Assembly (NCBI GenBank): GCA_965140345.1
Contig: OZ223198.1
Coordinates: 102,222 to 166,221, forward strand
DNA from: Candidatus Kapaibacterium sp.
Lineage (GTDB): Bacteria > Bacteroidota > Ignavibacteria > Kapaibacteriales > UBA2268
Reading direction: 5' to 3'
Length of the DNA: 64,000 nucleotides
Below the pieces are notes generated by a model. It was not told where the DNA came from. It saw only the letters and a program-made list of their open reading frames with translations, and made no database searches. Positions 9,570-19,506 of this stretch are shown here, piece by piece; position 1 is the stretch's first letter; each line of letters opens with the position of its first letter. The translations under genes were made by a program, and so were the position numbers.

Positions 9570-10628
9570 ATGAAAAAACTAAGTTTGATATTGTTTTTAG
9601 CTGCTGTGATTTTGGGAGTTTATGGGTGTGGAGAAGAGCCTGAGTCTAGAGATATACCAGCTAATTCACATAAATTAGAAATGTTAGGTGATAAAGATCT
9701 TACGCTTTATTCCATTTATTACAATGATTATGATAACAACTATTATTTACTTGGATATGACAGTGCAAATGATAAATATAATGTATACAAATCCGAAAAT
9801 GAAGGTGAAGATTTTGACTTATGTTTAACATTAGATGCTGACATTTACGGAAATCGACAAGTTCGACCTGATATAGTGGTTGGTAAAGGTGGATATGTTT
9901 TCCTTTCTACCTCCGGTGTTTTGTATAGATATTCGCCAGATTTATCTGAAAAAGTAGATTTAATAGAAACCGGAAAAAGTGCCGAAGGCTTAGAATCGCC
10001 TTACTTTAATCTACGCGGAGGACGTGGATTGATCGCGGTAGATTCTGATGGAATCTTATATAAAGATTTGTATTATAGATCCACTGATAATGGACTAACA
10101 TGGATTTTGGCAGCTGATTACAAAGACGATAAAGAAGAAAATAAAGATGATGACTGGGTAGCTTCTTCCCCTCAATTACTTATAAAAAATAACATTTTAG
10201 TATATTATTCCAGATCAATCCAACCTTCTTTTAAAATCAGTACTGACCAGGGTTATTCATGGAGCAAAGTTTTTTGGGTTTGTTCATCCATAGATTCTTT
10301 GCATTGTGCTTTTTATGATATCCACAATATTACAAACGCTACTCCTAAACCTTACATAATTAAAAAGCATGCAAAAGGCGATACAAAAGTAATCGGGATT
10401 GATAAATATGGCAATGTCTTATCTGAAAAATTGGGAAGTCATGCAGATTTCGACTATAAGTTTTACGATCCTAAATATACCTATATTTATTCTTCGAGTG
10501 ACATGGGAGAAACATGGGATTACCAATTCTATCTATTTGAATATCAAAGATTTTTCACCCCATCTGGTCACTTATATTTTGAAACATGGGAACAAGGTAT
10601 TCTACGCAATATAACTCCACTTAAATAA
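9570..10628 (+). CDS. BNR/Asp-box repeat lipoprotein, array 1 member 2
   Basis: Lipobox VYGC; STDNGLTW, STDQGYSW, SSDMGETW; C-terminus GILRNITPLK. Confidence 0.75.
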   Translation: MKKLSLILFLAAVILGVYGCGEEPESRDIPANSHKLEMLGDKDLTLYSIYYNDYDNNYYLLGYDSANDKYNVYKSENEGEDFDLCLTLDADIYGNRQVRPDIVVGKGGYVFLSTSGVLYRYSPDLSEKVDLIETGKSAEGLESPYFNLRGGRGLIAVDSDGILYKDLYYRSTDNGLTWILAADYKDDKEENKDDDWVASSPQLLIKNNILVYYSRSIQPSFKISTDQGYSWSKVFWVCSSIDSLHCAFYDIHNITNATPKPYIIKKHAKGDTKVIGIDKYGNVLSEKLGSHADFDYKFYDPKYTYIYSSSDMGETWDYQFYLFEYQRFFTPSGHLYFETWEQGILRNITPLK

Positions 10629-10640
10629 AGGACAACGATA

Positions 10641-11660
10641 ATGAAAAAACTAAGTTTAATATTGATTTTAGCTGCTGTGATTTTGGGAGTTTATGGGTGT
10701 AGTGAAAACGCCACAAAACCAGTACAAAACTCAGATCTTGAAAAAATTGAATCTGCTTTTGTTGGTTATGATAGACTAGCAAGTTGTTATTATAGTGATT
10801 TCGATAAAGAGCTTTACGCTGTGCTACTAAAAGAAAATGATGATAGATATTTTGTTTTTAGTTCTAAAGATGAAGGCAAAACCTGGAGTTACAGGAATAG
10901 CTTTCCTTCTTATCTATTTGATACTCCTATAGAACAAGATCCTCTTAATAAAAAATTTGTTTACGGAAAAAATAATTATATCTTTTCATTGATGCGTGGA
11001 AAACTATATAGATTCGTCAATAATTCTACTGATATAATCGCTTTAGATGCAAAAATAGACGTTTTTGCTAACCATTTAAGTGCAGATAAGATATTTATAG
11101 ATGAGGATGGTGCAATTTATTCATCTATTACTTCCAGATCAGATGACAATGGCAATAGTTGGAATGATATAGGCATGAATTTGTATCGTAATTTCAACTT
11201 TAGTTTTATTAACGACGAGTTGTTCATAGACAACAAAATATATTGCCAAGGGATAACATCAGGAGGCAGATTGAGTTACTTCAACAGTACTGATAAAGGT
11301 CAAACTTGGAGTCAACTAGTGAATCCGTTTGAAATGTACAATGACTCCATATTTTTCCATTTGTCAATTGAAGATGTAGCCGATGGAAAAACTACACCTC
11401 TGGAAATCACTAAACCAAAAGAAGGATATTATAAATCTGCGTACTTAAACAATAACCTGCTAATCATAAACTGGATGTATAATTATAGGAGTGGATTGCC
11501 GATTTATGGCTATAATAATGTTAGTACATCTGATAATTATGGAAAAACACTACAAGTAAAGTTTAAAGTAGATGCAGAAAGATTGTTCTTTACAAAATCT
11601 GGCTATATCTATGCGAATACAATGACTGGTATCTTTCGCAACAAAACTCCACTTAAATAA
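10641..11660 (+). CDS. BNR/Asp-box repeat lipoprotein, array 1 member 3
   Basis: Near-identical signal peptide to member 2; SKDEGKTW, SDDNGNSW, STDKGQTW; C-terminus GIFRNKTPLK. Confidence 0.75.
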   Translation: MKKLSLILILAAVILGVYGCSENATKPVQNSDLEKIESAFVGYDRLASCYYSDFDKELYAVLLKENDDRYFVFSSKDEGKTWSYRNSFPSYLFDTPIEQDPLNKKFVYGKNNYIFSLMRGKLYRFVNNSTDIIALDAKIDVFANHLSADKIFIDEDGAIYSSITSRSDDNGNSWNDIGMNLYRNFNFSFINDELFIDNKIYCQGITSGGRLSYFNSTDKGQTWSQLVNPFEMYNDSIFFHLSIEDVADGKTTPLEITKPKEGYYKSAYLNNNLLIINWMYNYRSGLPIYGYNNVSTSDNYGKTLQVKFKVDAERLFFTKSGYIYANTMTGIFRNKTPLK

Positions 11661-11672
11661 AGGACAAACATC

Positions 11673-11780
11673 ATGAAAAAACTAAGTTTAATATTGATTT
11701 TAGCTACTTTTATATTGGGAATTTATGGGTGTGATGGCACTACAGAACCTAGTGAGTTACCAGTTATTAGCGATAAATAA
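11673..11780 (+). pseudogene. Truncated 4th array member (35 aa; lipoprotein signal peptide only)
   Basis: MKKLSLILILATFILGIYGCDGTTEPSELPVISDK*; same junction DNA as members 2 and 3. Confidence 0.75.
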
Positions 11781-11864
11781 GAAAAATTTGGAATTGTAGG
11801 TTCAATATGGAAAGAGAAAATAAAAAACTTTGAGAGATAAAACATTCCCATACCATCTTTTATC

Positions 11865-11911
11865 AAAAAAAACAGCAGCAGAATCACTTAAATCCTGCTG
11901 CTGTTTTTTTT
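11865..11911. terminator. Bidirectional intrinsic terminator
   Basis: A-tract, CAGCAGCAG...CTGCTGCTG stem, T-tract; between convergent genes. Confidence 0.8.
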
Positions 11912-11938
11912 ATAAACTAAATATGTTTTGGTTACAAA

Positions 11939-13894
11939 CTACAAAGGCAATGTAAAATAGAATTGGCTGCCTTCGCCTTCTTTGCTTTCAACCCAGATTC
12001 TGCCACCATGTTTGACAACAAATTCTTTACATAGGATAAGCCCCAATCCTGTTCCTTTTTCGTTGTTGGTGCCTGGCATTGAAACAGATGATGCTAATTT
12101 AAATAGCTTGCTGCTTAGTTCATCATTCATTCCAACTCCGGTATCAGCTATGCAAATTTTAACAAACTCTTTGCCATCTTCTTTTATATTTTCAGAGCTA
12201 ATTGTAATCTTACCACCTTCTTTCGTAAACTTGATAGAATTTGACATTAAATTTCTAAAGATAGTGGTAAGCATATTAACATCAGCATTTATAGAAACAC
12301 TTGGTTCGAGTTTGTTATCAATTTCAATTCGCTTTGAAGATGCTGCCAATGAGAGGGTATTTTTAACATTATTGCAAATAAAATCAAGATGTACTTCAGC
12401 AGGATTAAATGCAATTTCTCCCCTTTGAGAGCGTGCCCATTGTAACAGATTTTCGATCAGATTAACTAAGTTCTTCGAACTGTCCCTCATTAATTCGATG
12501 TATTCTTTTTTCTCTGCATCTTCAAAGTTATCGTAATCTTTATATAACGAATCAGTAAGCATATTGAAGCTGCCAATCGGGCTTTTAAGATCATGCGCTA
12601 TTATAGATAAGAATTTGTCTTTGAGAGCATTTGATTTTTTAAGTTCAGTTTCAGATTCTTTCAGTTTTTTGACAGCCAGAGTTCTTTCAGTGTTATCATG
12701 CGATACAAGAAGCGCACGCGTATTGCTAATTTTTGAGACACGAGCCTGAAACCACAAAAGCTTATTTTTGATTTCTAAAGGATAATCAAAAGTCTGAACT
12801 ATACCGGTTTCAACTGCTTCACGTATATTTGCTACAACTCTGTCGGCAGTATCTTTATCCAGAAAGTCATGAGTATATTTTCCGAGTAGTTCATCTCTCG
12901 GAACTACTAACAGAGATTCATTAGTCGGAGCTACTTTTAGATATTTACCATCTAAATCATATTCAATAATAATATCATGCATAGCACCAAACATAGCTTT
13001 GAGCTGTCTCTCATTCTCTTTTACTTTGATATATGCCTGAATTAATAAGCCAATCAAAATGGAAATAAAAGCTGCACTTATATATAAAAATATAAAAAGA
13101 GATTTATCTGTATTTTGATGTAAATTCCAACCATTTTTAGGAGCAGCTGCAATTATCCAACTACCTGTAGGCAAAACCATTTTTATCAGAACAGGATTAG
13201 ACTCAAATAGAGTAGAATCTCCCCAGAAGACTTCGCCTGTTTCTCCATGTCCATCTTTCCCTTTCAATGCAAACCGAATGTCTCCATCAGTCTCAAAAAG
13301 ATTAGCTTCTTTGAGTAAATTATCGCGTCTGATTACTATATCAGTGACTCCCCAAAATTCTCCTTTTGCATCTCCGTTATTGTAAAAGATCGGAGTGTAG
13401 CTTATAAAAGCGACACCGCCTTCCACTAATTCAACAGGCCCTGCCACAAATGTATTATGAGTTTCGATAGTTTTTTCTACTATTTCGCGTCTGGCAGGAT
13501 GTGCCAGCAAATTAAGACCAACAGCTTCTTCATGCCCCTTAAAAGGGTAAATTGAACTAATAGTACCATTTTTTGCTATGGACATAGTGTTAATAGTTTT
13601 ATCACCTTGTATCAGTTCTTTGGCAAGATCCTGAAAAATTTCATGATTAATTTCAGGATTAAGAGAAATGTAAGCAGCTACACCTTTGGTGTAATATATT
13701 CTGGAATATAACGCCTTCTCTAATTGAGATTTTTTATGACTAATTATCTCGTAAACCTTCTCGCGCTCAGTTTTCTGTACTTTGCTTTGAGAATAGTCAG
13801 AATATTCCATAATCGCCCATACTGATATTAACAATATCAGTACAGAAATAATAAAAGGTAAATATTGGGATTTGTTTTTTTTTCGATCAATCAC
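11939..13894 (-). CDS. Sensor histidine kinase (TM-CHASE-like-TM-PAS-HisKA-HATPase)
   Basis: IIAHDLKSP H-box, RNLMSNSIKF N-box, DTGVG, GTGLGL; periplasmic GPVELVEGG CHASE-like motif; GTG start; no response regulator adjacent. Confidence 0.9.
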   Translation of the reverse strand: MIDRKKNKSQYLPFIISVLILLISVWAIMEYSDYSQSKVQKTEREKVYEIISHKKSQLEKALYSRIYYTKGVAAYISLNPEINHEIFQDLAKELIQGDKTINTMSIAKNGTISSIYPFKGHEEAVGLNLLAHPARREIVEKTIETHNTFVAGPVELVEGGVAFISYTPIFYNNGDAKGEFWGVTDIVIRRDNLLKEANLFETDGDIRFALKGKDGHGETGEVFWGDSTLFESNPVLIKMVLPTGSWIIAAAPKNGWNLHQNTDKSLFIFLYISAAFISILIGLLIQAYIKVKENERQLKAMFGAMHDIIIEYDLDGKYLKVAPTNESLLVVPRDELLGKYTHDFLDKDTADRVVANIREAVETGIVQTFDYPLEIKNKLLWFQARVSKISNTRALLVSHDNTERTLAVKKLKESETELKKSNALKDKFLSIIAHDLKSPIGSFNMLTDSLYKDYDNFEDAEKKEYIELMRDSSKNLVNLIENLLQWARSQRGEIAFNPAEVHLDFICNNVKNTLSLAASSKRIEIDNKLEPSVSINADVNMLTTIFRNLMSNSIKFTKEGGKITISSENIKEDGKEFVKICIADTGVGMNDELSSKLFKLASSVSMPGTNNEKGTGLGLILCKEFVVKHGGRIWVESKEGEGSQFYFTLPL

Positions 13895-13990
13895 TGATGT
13901 ATTTCTTCCATTTACTAAGTTTATTCATTCACTATTATTTGACTTAGCAATATATATAATATTTTAAAAACAATCTACATTGGAATGTGT

Positions 13991-15274
13991 CTATATGCTG
14001 ATTTGCTTCGTTTTCATAGATTTAAGCATGACATAAATCGAAAATAGTAATAATAGGATACCTACTGCAAATACTCCACTATAATCTAAATATTCTAAAA
14101 GCCAAATGCCGAATAACGGCCCAAAAATAGCTCTAAAACCTACCATGGAAAGATGTATGGATTGATACTCAGCCGCATCTTCTTTTTTGCAGAAATATGC
14201 AGAGCCTATATTCCAGAGCAACGGCATTGTACCTGCAAAAAGGCCATTGAACGTAAATGAAACAATAAGTAACCAATAAAATTTATAAGCTCCCCACTCT
14301 ACATTAAATGGCATATACTCAGTCAGAGCCATAAACAGTAAGTGCAAAGCAAGAGTAGCAAAAGTAAATGCACCAAATTTTCTGGGATCAATTTTATCTA
14401 TCAGTTTTCCAAAGAAAGGCAGAGACACTATTGCTATTAAATTATAGGAATTTTTATAAAAAGCTAGACTTTTATAACTCAGATCCAGCTCTTTTGCAAG
14501 GAATAATGAGATAACAGCCACAGTCATCATAAATGCCAAACCATAGAGCATGAAGCCTAATTCAAAATCTCTATATGGCTTATTTTTCTTAATAATATTC
14601 ACTAGATTAGGGAATGAAGCTTTTACTGAATCCATAACAGATCTTTCTTTGTCATGCCCTGCCATATAATCTTTTTTAACTGCAAAAGATAATAGGAATA
14701 CGGAAAGTATACCAACAACAGCAATAAACGGATATACATAAGTAAAAGCATAGTTATCTATTTCCAATAGCTCTCCAAAAGCAAATGTAGCAATCAGCAT
14801 AATTACTTTATTTGCACTGGTAGCATAGCTATATAAAGTGCCGAAGTGCTCAGTTTTATAGTTATTCTTCAGGATGCTGTTGATAATCGGATTAATTACA
14901 GGCAGAGCCAGATAATAACACAAAAACATACTCAGCAGTGCTGCATGATAATATATCATCTGATCGTGAGGAAGCACTTCTTGAGGGAAAAATGCTGCGC
15001 CCAATAAAGGCAATCTGGTAAGTACTGCAACTAATCGCAGTATATTTTTTTTCTTATATCTTTTTATGATTTCATGCAAAAAAACAGAAAACACAAACAC
15101 AATCATACTAAATTGGAATAATATAGCCAGGAAAAACTCGGATCCGTTTAGACTTTTGATAAAGACAAATTCATTGAGTACCACAACGCCCAGCACTATA
15201 CCTTCTATAACAGAGTAAATAAAGTGAAGAATAAAAATATTCCTCTCATCTTTCCCTAACTCTCTAAGTTTCAA
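13991..15274 (-). CDS. MFS transporter
   Basis: About 12 TM segments, FGKLIDKIDPR loop motif; the ORF-track start at 15439 lies inside the tRNA, so TTG at 15274 is preferred. Confidence 0.75.
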   Translation of the reverse strand: MKLRELGKDERNIFILHFIYSVIEGIVLGVVVLNEFVFIKSLNGSEFFLAILFQFSMIVFVFSVFLHEIIKRYKKKNILRLVAVLTRLPLLGAAFFPQEVLPHDQMIYYHAALLSMFLCYYLALPVINPIINSILKNNYKTEHFGTLYSYATSANKVIMLIATFAFGELLEIDNYAFTYVYPFIAVVGILSVFLLSFAVKKDYMAGHDKERSVMDSVKASFPNLVNIIKKNKPYRDFELGFMLYGLAFMMTVAVISLFLAKELDLSYKSLAFYKNSYNLIAIVSLPFFGKLIDKIDPRKFGAFTFATLALHLLFMALTEYMPFNVEWGAYKFYWLLIVSFTFNGLFAGTMPLLWNIGSAYFCKKEDAAEYQSIHLSMVGFRAIFGPLFGIWLLEYLDYSGVFAVGILLLLFSIYVMLKSMKTKQISI

Positions 15275-15372
15275 AGTACAATTCCTATTAAAAAGTAAAT
15301 ATGAATTTAATTCATTGTTTTTATAACGAGAAAAAGCAACTCCGTTAAAGAAGTTGCTTTCGTAAAGTTTTG

Positions 15373-15445
<73 letters not shown>

Positions 15446-15459
15446 GTGATTATGTGATA

Positions 15460-15467
15460 CAAAGATA
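15460..15467 (-). promoter_or_regulatory. Bacteroidota-type -7 promoter element (TATCTTTG)
   Basis: Matches TAnnTTTG, 14 nt upstream of the tRNA. Confidence 0.6.
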
Positions 15468-15565
15468 GGTAAAATTTAGACAAAATAAAAATCTTTCTAC
15501 ATATTTTATTTTTTTCACTTTTTACTATATTACCAAATATTGAATAATATAATCTGAGAAATACA

Positions 15566-18500
15566 ATGGAATTTACCAGAGAGCAGAAATTAGCATTTAC
15601 AGCAGACAGGCATCTTGTGATAAGCGCAAATGCTGGATCAGGTAAAACTCGCATACTCGTAGAGCGTTTCCTGCAGATATTGGAGCATGAATCTACTTTA
15701 AATGATAACCCTGAGAATATTATCGCTATCACTTTTACAAAAAAAGCTGCTTCTGAAATGTTCGCCAGAATTATTAGCTCTTTGGGGAAAATGATACAAA
15801 ATGAAAAAGATCCGGATAAAAGATATAGATTCAGAAGAATCAGATCCAGAATATTTCAGTCAAAAGTTTCTACTATCCACAGTTTTTGTAGCAGCCTGCT
15901 CAGAGATTATGCTGTAGAAGCTGACATATCCCCCAACTTCCAGGAACTAAGCGAAACTGATAAATATATATTATATAAAGACGCTAAATTCAACGCTATT
16001 GAGAATATGATAGTGGATGAAACTGATCCTAAAAGTAAAGATTTTAGGGAATTCCTGAGTAGAAATAAAATGTACCTGATAGAATCAATTATTGAAACTA
16101 TCCTTGCTAACAGATATGAATATATGCAGATGAAAGAACTTTTTGCAGATGATAATTTTAATCCGCTAACAGCTAAAGAGAATCATTATCTAATTCATTC
16201 TGTATTTGCAAAATATAGGCGAGGAATCAATATATTACTCAATTGCCTTGAATCAGTTAATTCGGAAGTGCTTAAACCAAAAGAACAGGAACAACTAGAT
16301 CATATTAAAGCCTTAGTTTTACCAATTGAAGATGAAATAAATCAATACGACCAAAACCCTTTGTCATCTTTAACATCAAGCATGTCGATGATACCAATGA
16401 AAGAAAAAATTGGCCGCTCAATCTGGTATAATTTTATTATAAGTAAAGTTAATATTTCACCTAAAGACAAAGAGTTAGTTGATTCTACAATTTCATTTAT
16501 CAAAGATAATCTTTCATCTTTCACAAACACAGAGGCAAATGAGGCATTCCCCGAATTGCAAAGAACTATCTACCACTTTATAGATAGTCTGCTTGAAATT
16601 GCTGATAGAGAAAAAGAAGAAAAAGGAATGCTTGATTTTGACGACTTAATACTTCGAGCAAAAAGTCTGCTTAGCGATCCTATTATTAGAGATATGGTTA
16701 TGGCAAACGTCAATCATATTATGGTAGATGAATTTCAGGATACAAACCAATTGCAGTATGATATCCTGCAGGACTTAATTCCTGAACTTAAGGATTATAA
16801 CTCTGACACTGAGAGCGATGCTAACCTGTTTATAGTCGGGGACGGCAAACAGAGTATTTATGCATTCAGAAACGCAGACGTAAGGGTATTCAATGCTGCT
16901 TCTGCAAGAATAGCTGAGGTTAACAGCAAAAAAATGGCTGAAGGCAAATTACCTGTCAACATGATTAATTTTGAAGGCACTCATTTAGATTTTATAAATA
17001 ATGAGAACAACGGCCTCTTGTCTTTGAATGCTTCCTTCAGGCTCTCCCCAGTTGTTGCTGCATTTGTCAACAAAATCTGCGGCAGTATAATGGATAGCTC
17101 ATTATCAGAGTTTGAAGTTGCTTATGAAGATCTGGTATTTGCAAAAAACAGCTCAGCGATTAAAGATGAAATTGTGCAAAGATTCCCGCATTATATTTTT
17201 GACAAGCCAAATCAAATATTTGCATCAGATATAGACAGGCACGGTTCAGTAGCTTTAGTAATTCATAAAGATGAGAAAGACACAGAAGCTGAAGAACAGG
17301 AAGAATCTGCAGATAAGCTTGAAGCAACTAAACTTATCAGATACATAAAGTCAAAAATTGCGGGAAATGATCCATACCAGATATTTGATAATGGCTCTTT
17401 TAGAGATGCAAAATACAAGGATGTTGGCATTTTAATACGTTCGCGCAGCAAACTAAGCGAACTTATGAATGCCTGCATTGAGGAAAAAGTTCCTTATGCA
17501 TTGCACGCAGGTTCAGGTTTGTACCAACTGCAGGAAGTGCAGGATATGATAGCTCTACTTAAGTTTTTATATAATCCTAATGATGATATTGCCTGCATAG
17601 GGACATTACGTTCTCCTTTTTTCGCAATATCAGACAAGGAATTATATAATATATCCCAGGTAGAAAAATATGACTGTTTCTGGAACAAAGCAATCAAATA
17701 TTCCGAATCTGAGAAGTCAAGCGAATACTTCGCCGAAGCTTTTAAATATATAAAAGATATATTAGCTGTTAGTGGCAGACTCTCCCCTACTGAATTAATA
17801 AGCAAATTAATATATGACAGAGCTTATTTTGAAAAAATTTCAAATGATGATGCCATTGATCAAATCAAAGCATCAGTAAACAAATTTATCGCTCATATTC
17901 GCGGATTTGAAGAAAAGGGCTTTGCGGATATTTATGATTTGATGCAGGAACTAAATCTGCTCTTAGACATCAGCAATGACGGAGAAGCTTCAGTTTCTTC
18001 GGAAAATGCAATAAATATTATGACCTTCCATGCTTCAAAAGGACTGGAGTTTCCGGTTGTTGCTTTATTTGGTACCAATAATAAAACAGGTAAACCAAGC
18101 AGCGTTTACTTTAACAAAAATTTCGGCATTGCTTTCAAAGATAAAAAAGTAAATAATAACTCAGGACTGCTGGAACAGGAAGATAATATCTATACTTTAA
18201 TCAGCAAGGAACTCAAGAACCAGGCGGAAGAAGCTGAAGATAAAAGACTTTTATATGTAGCTTTGACAAGAGCAAAAGATCATTTGATAATATCGGCAAA
18301 TGTATCTTACACCAGTAAAAAACAAGTAAATCTGCAATCATTCGCTAAAAGTATATTCAATGTTTTATTTGGAGCAAATACTGAAGACTATTCCCCTGAG
18401 AAACTATATGAAATATTATATAATAGCGAGATTCCGCAAATCAATATTACTCGTCAGGATATCTCATTTTTGGAATCAAATGAACTGAACAATATGCTAA

Positions 18501-19348
18501 TTGCGTATAATATCCCTTGTATATATGAAGTTGAGCAGGATGAAATAACGGAAAATGAAGCTCCTGACAATAACACCGAAGAAAGAGAAGAATCGGCTTT
18601 TATTCCCGCAAGCTACCATAATGAAGTCTTTTCTGCTTCAAAAATCATGTCATATAGAACTGATCCTGCAGACTACGAAATGAAGTATCTTGTAGGGCTC
18701 AGTCCAAAAAACAAGTATTTCAATCCAGATAATGACAAAGCCAATGACGAGCTCAGCGGCAATATTCTTGGTATTCATATTCACGAAGCAATGGCGCAAT
18801 TAAATAGCTGGTGGCAGGATAAACAAATAGATAAAGAGGCTTTAGAGAGTATAATCAGTGTGCTGCTGAAAAGGCAAAATTTATATAATGAAGATAATCT
18901 CCTGAAAGTTACTGAGATTTGCGAGAGTATCGTAAATACAGAATATATTCAAGCACATCAGGAGCAACTCAAAGATGCACAATTCGAACTTGAACTAAAC
19001 ATCCCTGTAGGTTTACATTATCTAACAGGAAGTATTGACTGTCTGGTAAAAGACAGCAATGGAAATATGATAATCTGGGACTGGAAAACAAACAAAATTG
19101 CAGATTACAACACTATCACTTCTTTAGCAGAACATTATAAACATCAAATGTCAATATATGCTTATTTAGTTTATCTCATGAATAAAAATCAAGAGACATA
19201 CACAGCTCAACTGCTATTTACAGACTATGCTGACCGTAGTGATAATAACAACTGGGTCTATTCTTTTGAATGGAGCAAAGAAGAGATAATTGAAATAGGA
19301 AAAATTATGGATGATACGATTGAAGAATTAAGTAAAAAATACTATTAA
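15566..19348 (+). CDS. addA: UvrD-type helicase with C-terminal PD-(D/E)XK nuclease (AddA-like)
   Basis: ANAGSGKT, TFTKKAA, STIHSFC, VDEFQDTN, VGDGKQSIYAFR, MTFHASKGLEF, YVALTRA; C-terminal GSIDCL...DWKT nuclease. Confidence 0.85.
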   Translation: MEFTREQKLAFTADRHLVISANAGSGKTRILVERFLQILEHESTLNDNPENIIAITFTKKAASEMFARIISSLGKMIQNEKDPDKRYRFRRIRSRIFQSKVSTIHSFCSSLLRDYAVEADISPNFQELSETDKYILYKDAKFNAIENMIVDETDPKSKDFREFLSRNKMYLIESIIETILANRYEYMQMKELFADDNFNPLTAKENHYLIHSVFAKYRRGINILLNCLESVNSEVLKPKEQEQLDHIKALVLPIEDEINQYDQNPLSSLTSSMSMIPMKEKIGRSIWYNFIISKVNISPKDKELVDSTISFIKDNLSSFTNTEANEAFPELQRTIYHFIDSLLEIADREKEEKGMLDFDDLILRAKSLLSDPIIRDMVMANVNHIMVDEFQDTNQLQYDILQDLIPELKDYNSDTESDANLFIVGDGKQSIYAFRNADVRVFNAASARIAEVNSKKMAEGKLPVNMINFEGTHLDFINNENNGLLSLNASFRLSPVVAAFVNKICGSIMDSSLSEFEVAYEDLVFAKNSSAIKDEIVQRFPHYIFDKPNQIFASDIDRHGSVALVIHKDEKDTEAEEQEESADKLEATKLIRYIKSKIAGNDPYQIFDNGSFRDAKYKDVGILIRSRSKLSELMNACIEEKVPYALHAGSGLYQLQEVQDMIALLKFLYNPNDDIACIGTLRSPFFAISDKELYNISQVEKYDCFWNKAIKYSESEKSSEYFAEAFKYIKDILAVSGRLSPTELISKLIYDRAYFEKISNDDAIDQIKASVNKFIAHIRGFEEKGFADIYDLMQELNLLLDISNDGEASVSSENAINIMTFHASKGLEFPVVALFGTNNKTGKPSSVYFNKNFGIAFKDKKVNNNSGLLEQEDNIYTLISKELKNQAEEAEDKRLLYVALTRAKDHLIISANVSYTSKKQVNLQSFAKSIFNVLFGANTEDYSPEKLYEILYNSEIPQINITRQDISFLESNELNNMLIAYNIPCIYEVEQDEITENEAPDNNTEEREESAFIPASYHNEVFSASKIMSYRTDPADYEMKYLVGLSPKNKYFNPDNDKANDELSGNILGIHIHEAMAQLNSWWQDKQIDKEALESIISVLLKRQNLYNEDNLLKVTEICESIVNTEYIQAHQEQLKDAQFELELNIPVGLHYLTGSIDCLVKDSNGNMIIWDWKTNKIADYNTITSLAEHYKHQMSIYAYLVYLMNKNQETYTAQLLFTDYADRSDNNNWVYSFEWSKEEIIEIGKIMDDTIEELSKKYY

Positions 19349-19506
19349 GCCTAAATAACTATTAAAAAATTTTGTTCTATGTCCGATTACATCAAACTTT
19401 TTTTTGTCAATATTCTTAAAAAGAATTTTATTTTGCATGCAAATGAGCAAAAATATCCTTAAATTTAATATTATTGAATACCAGAAAATTTTTATACGAG
19501 GTACAA

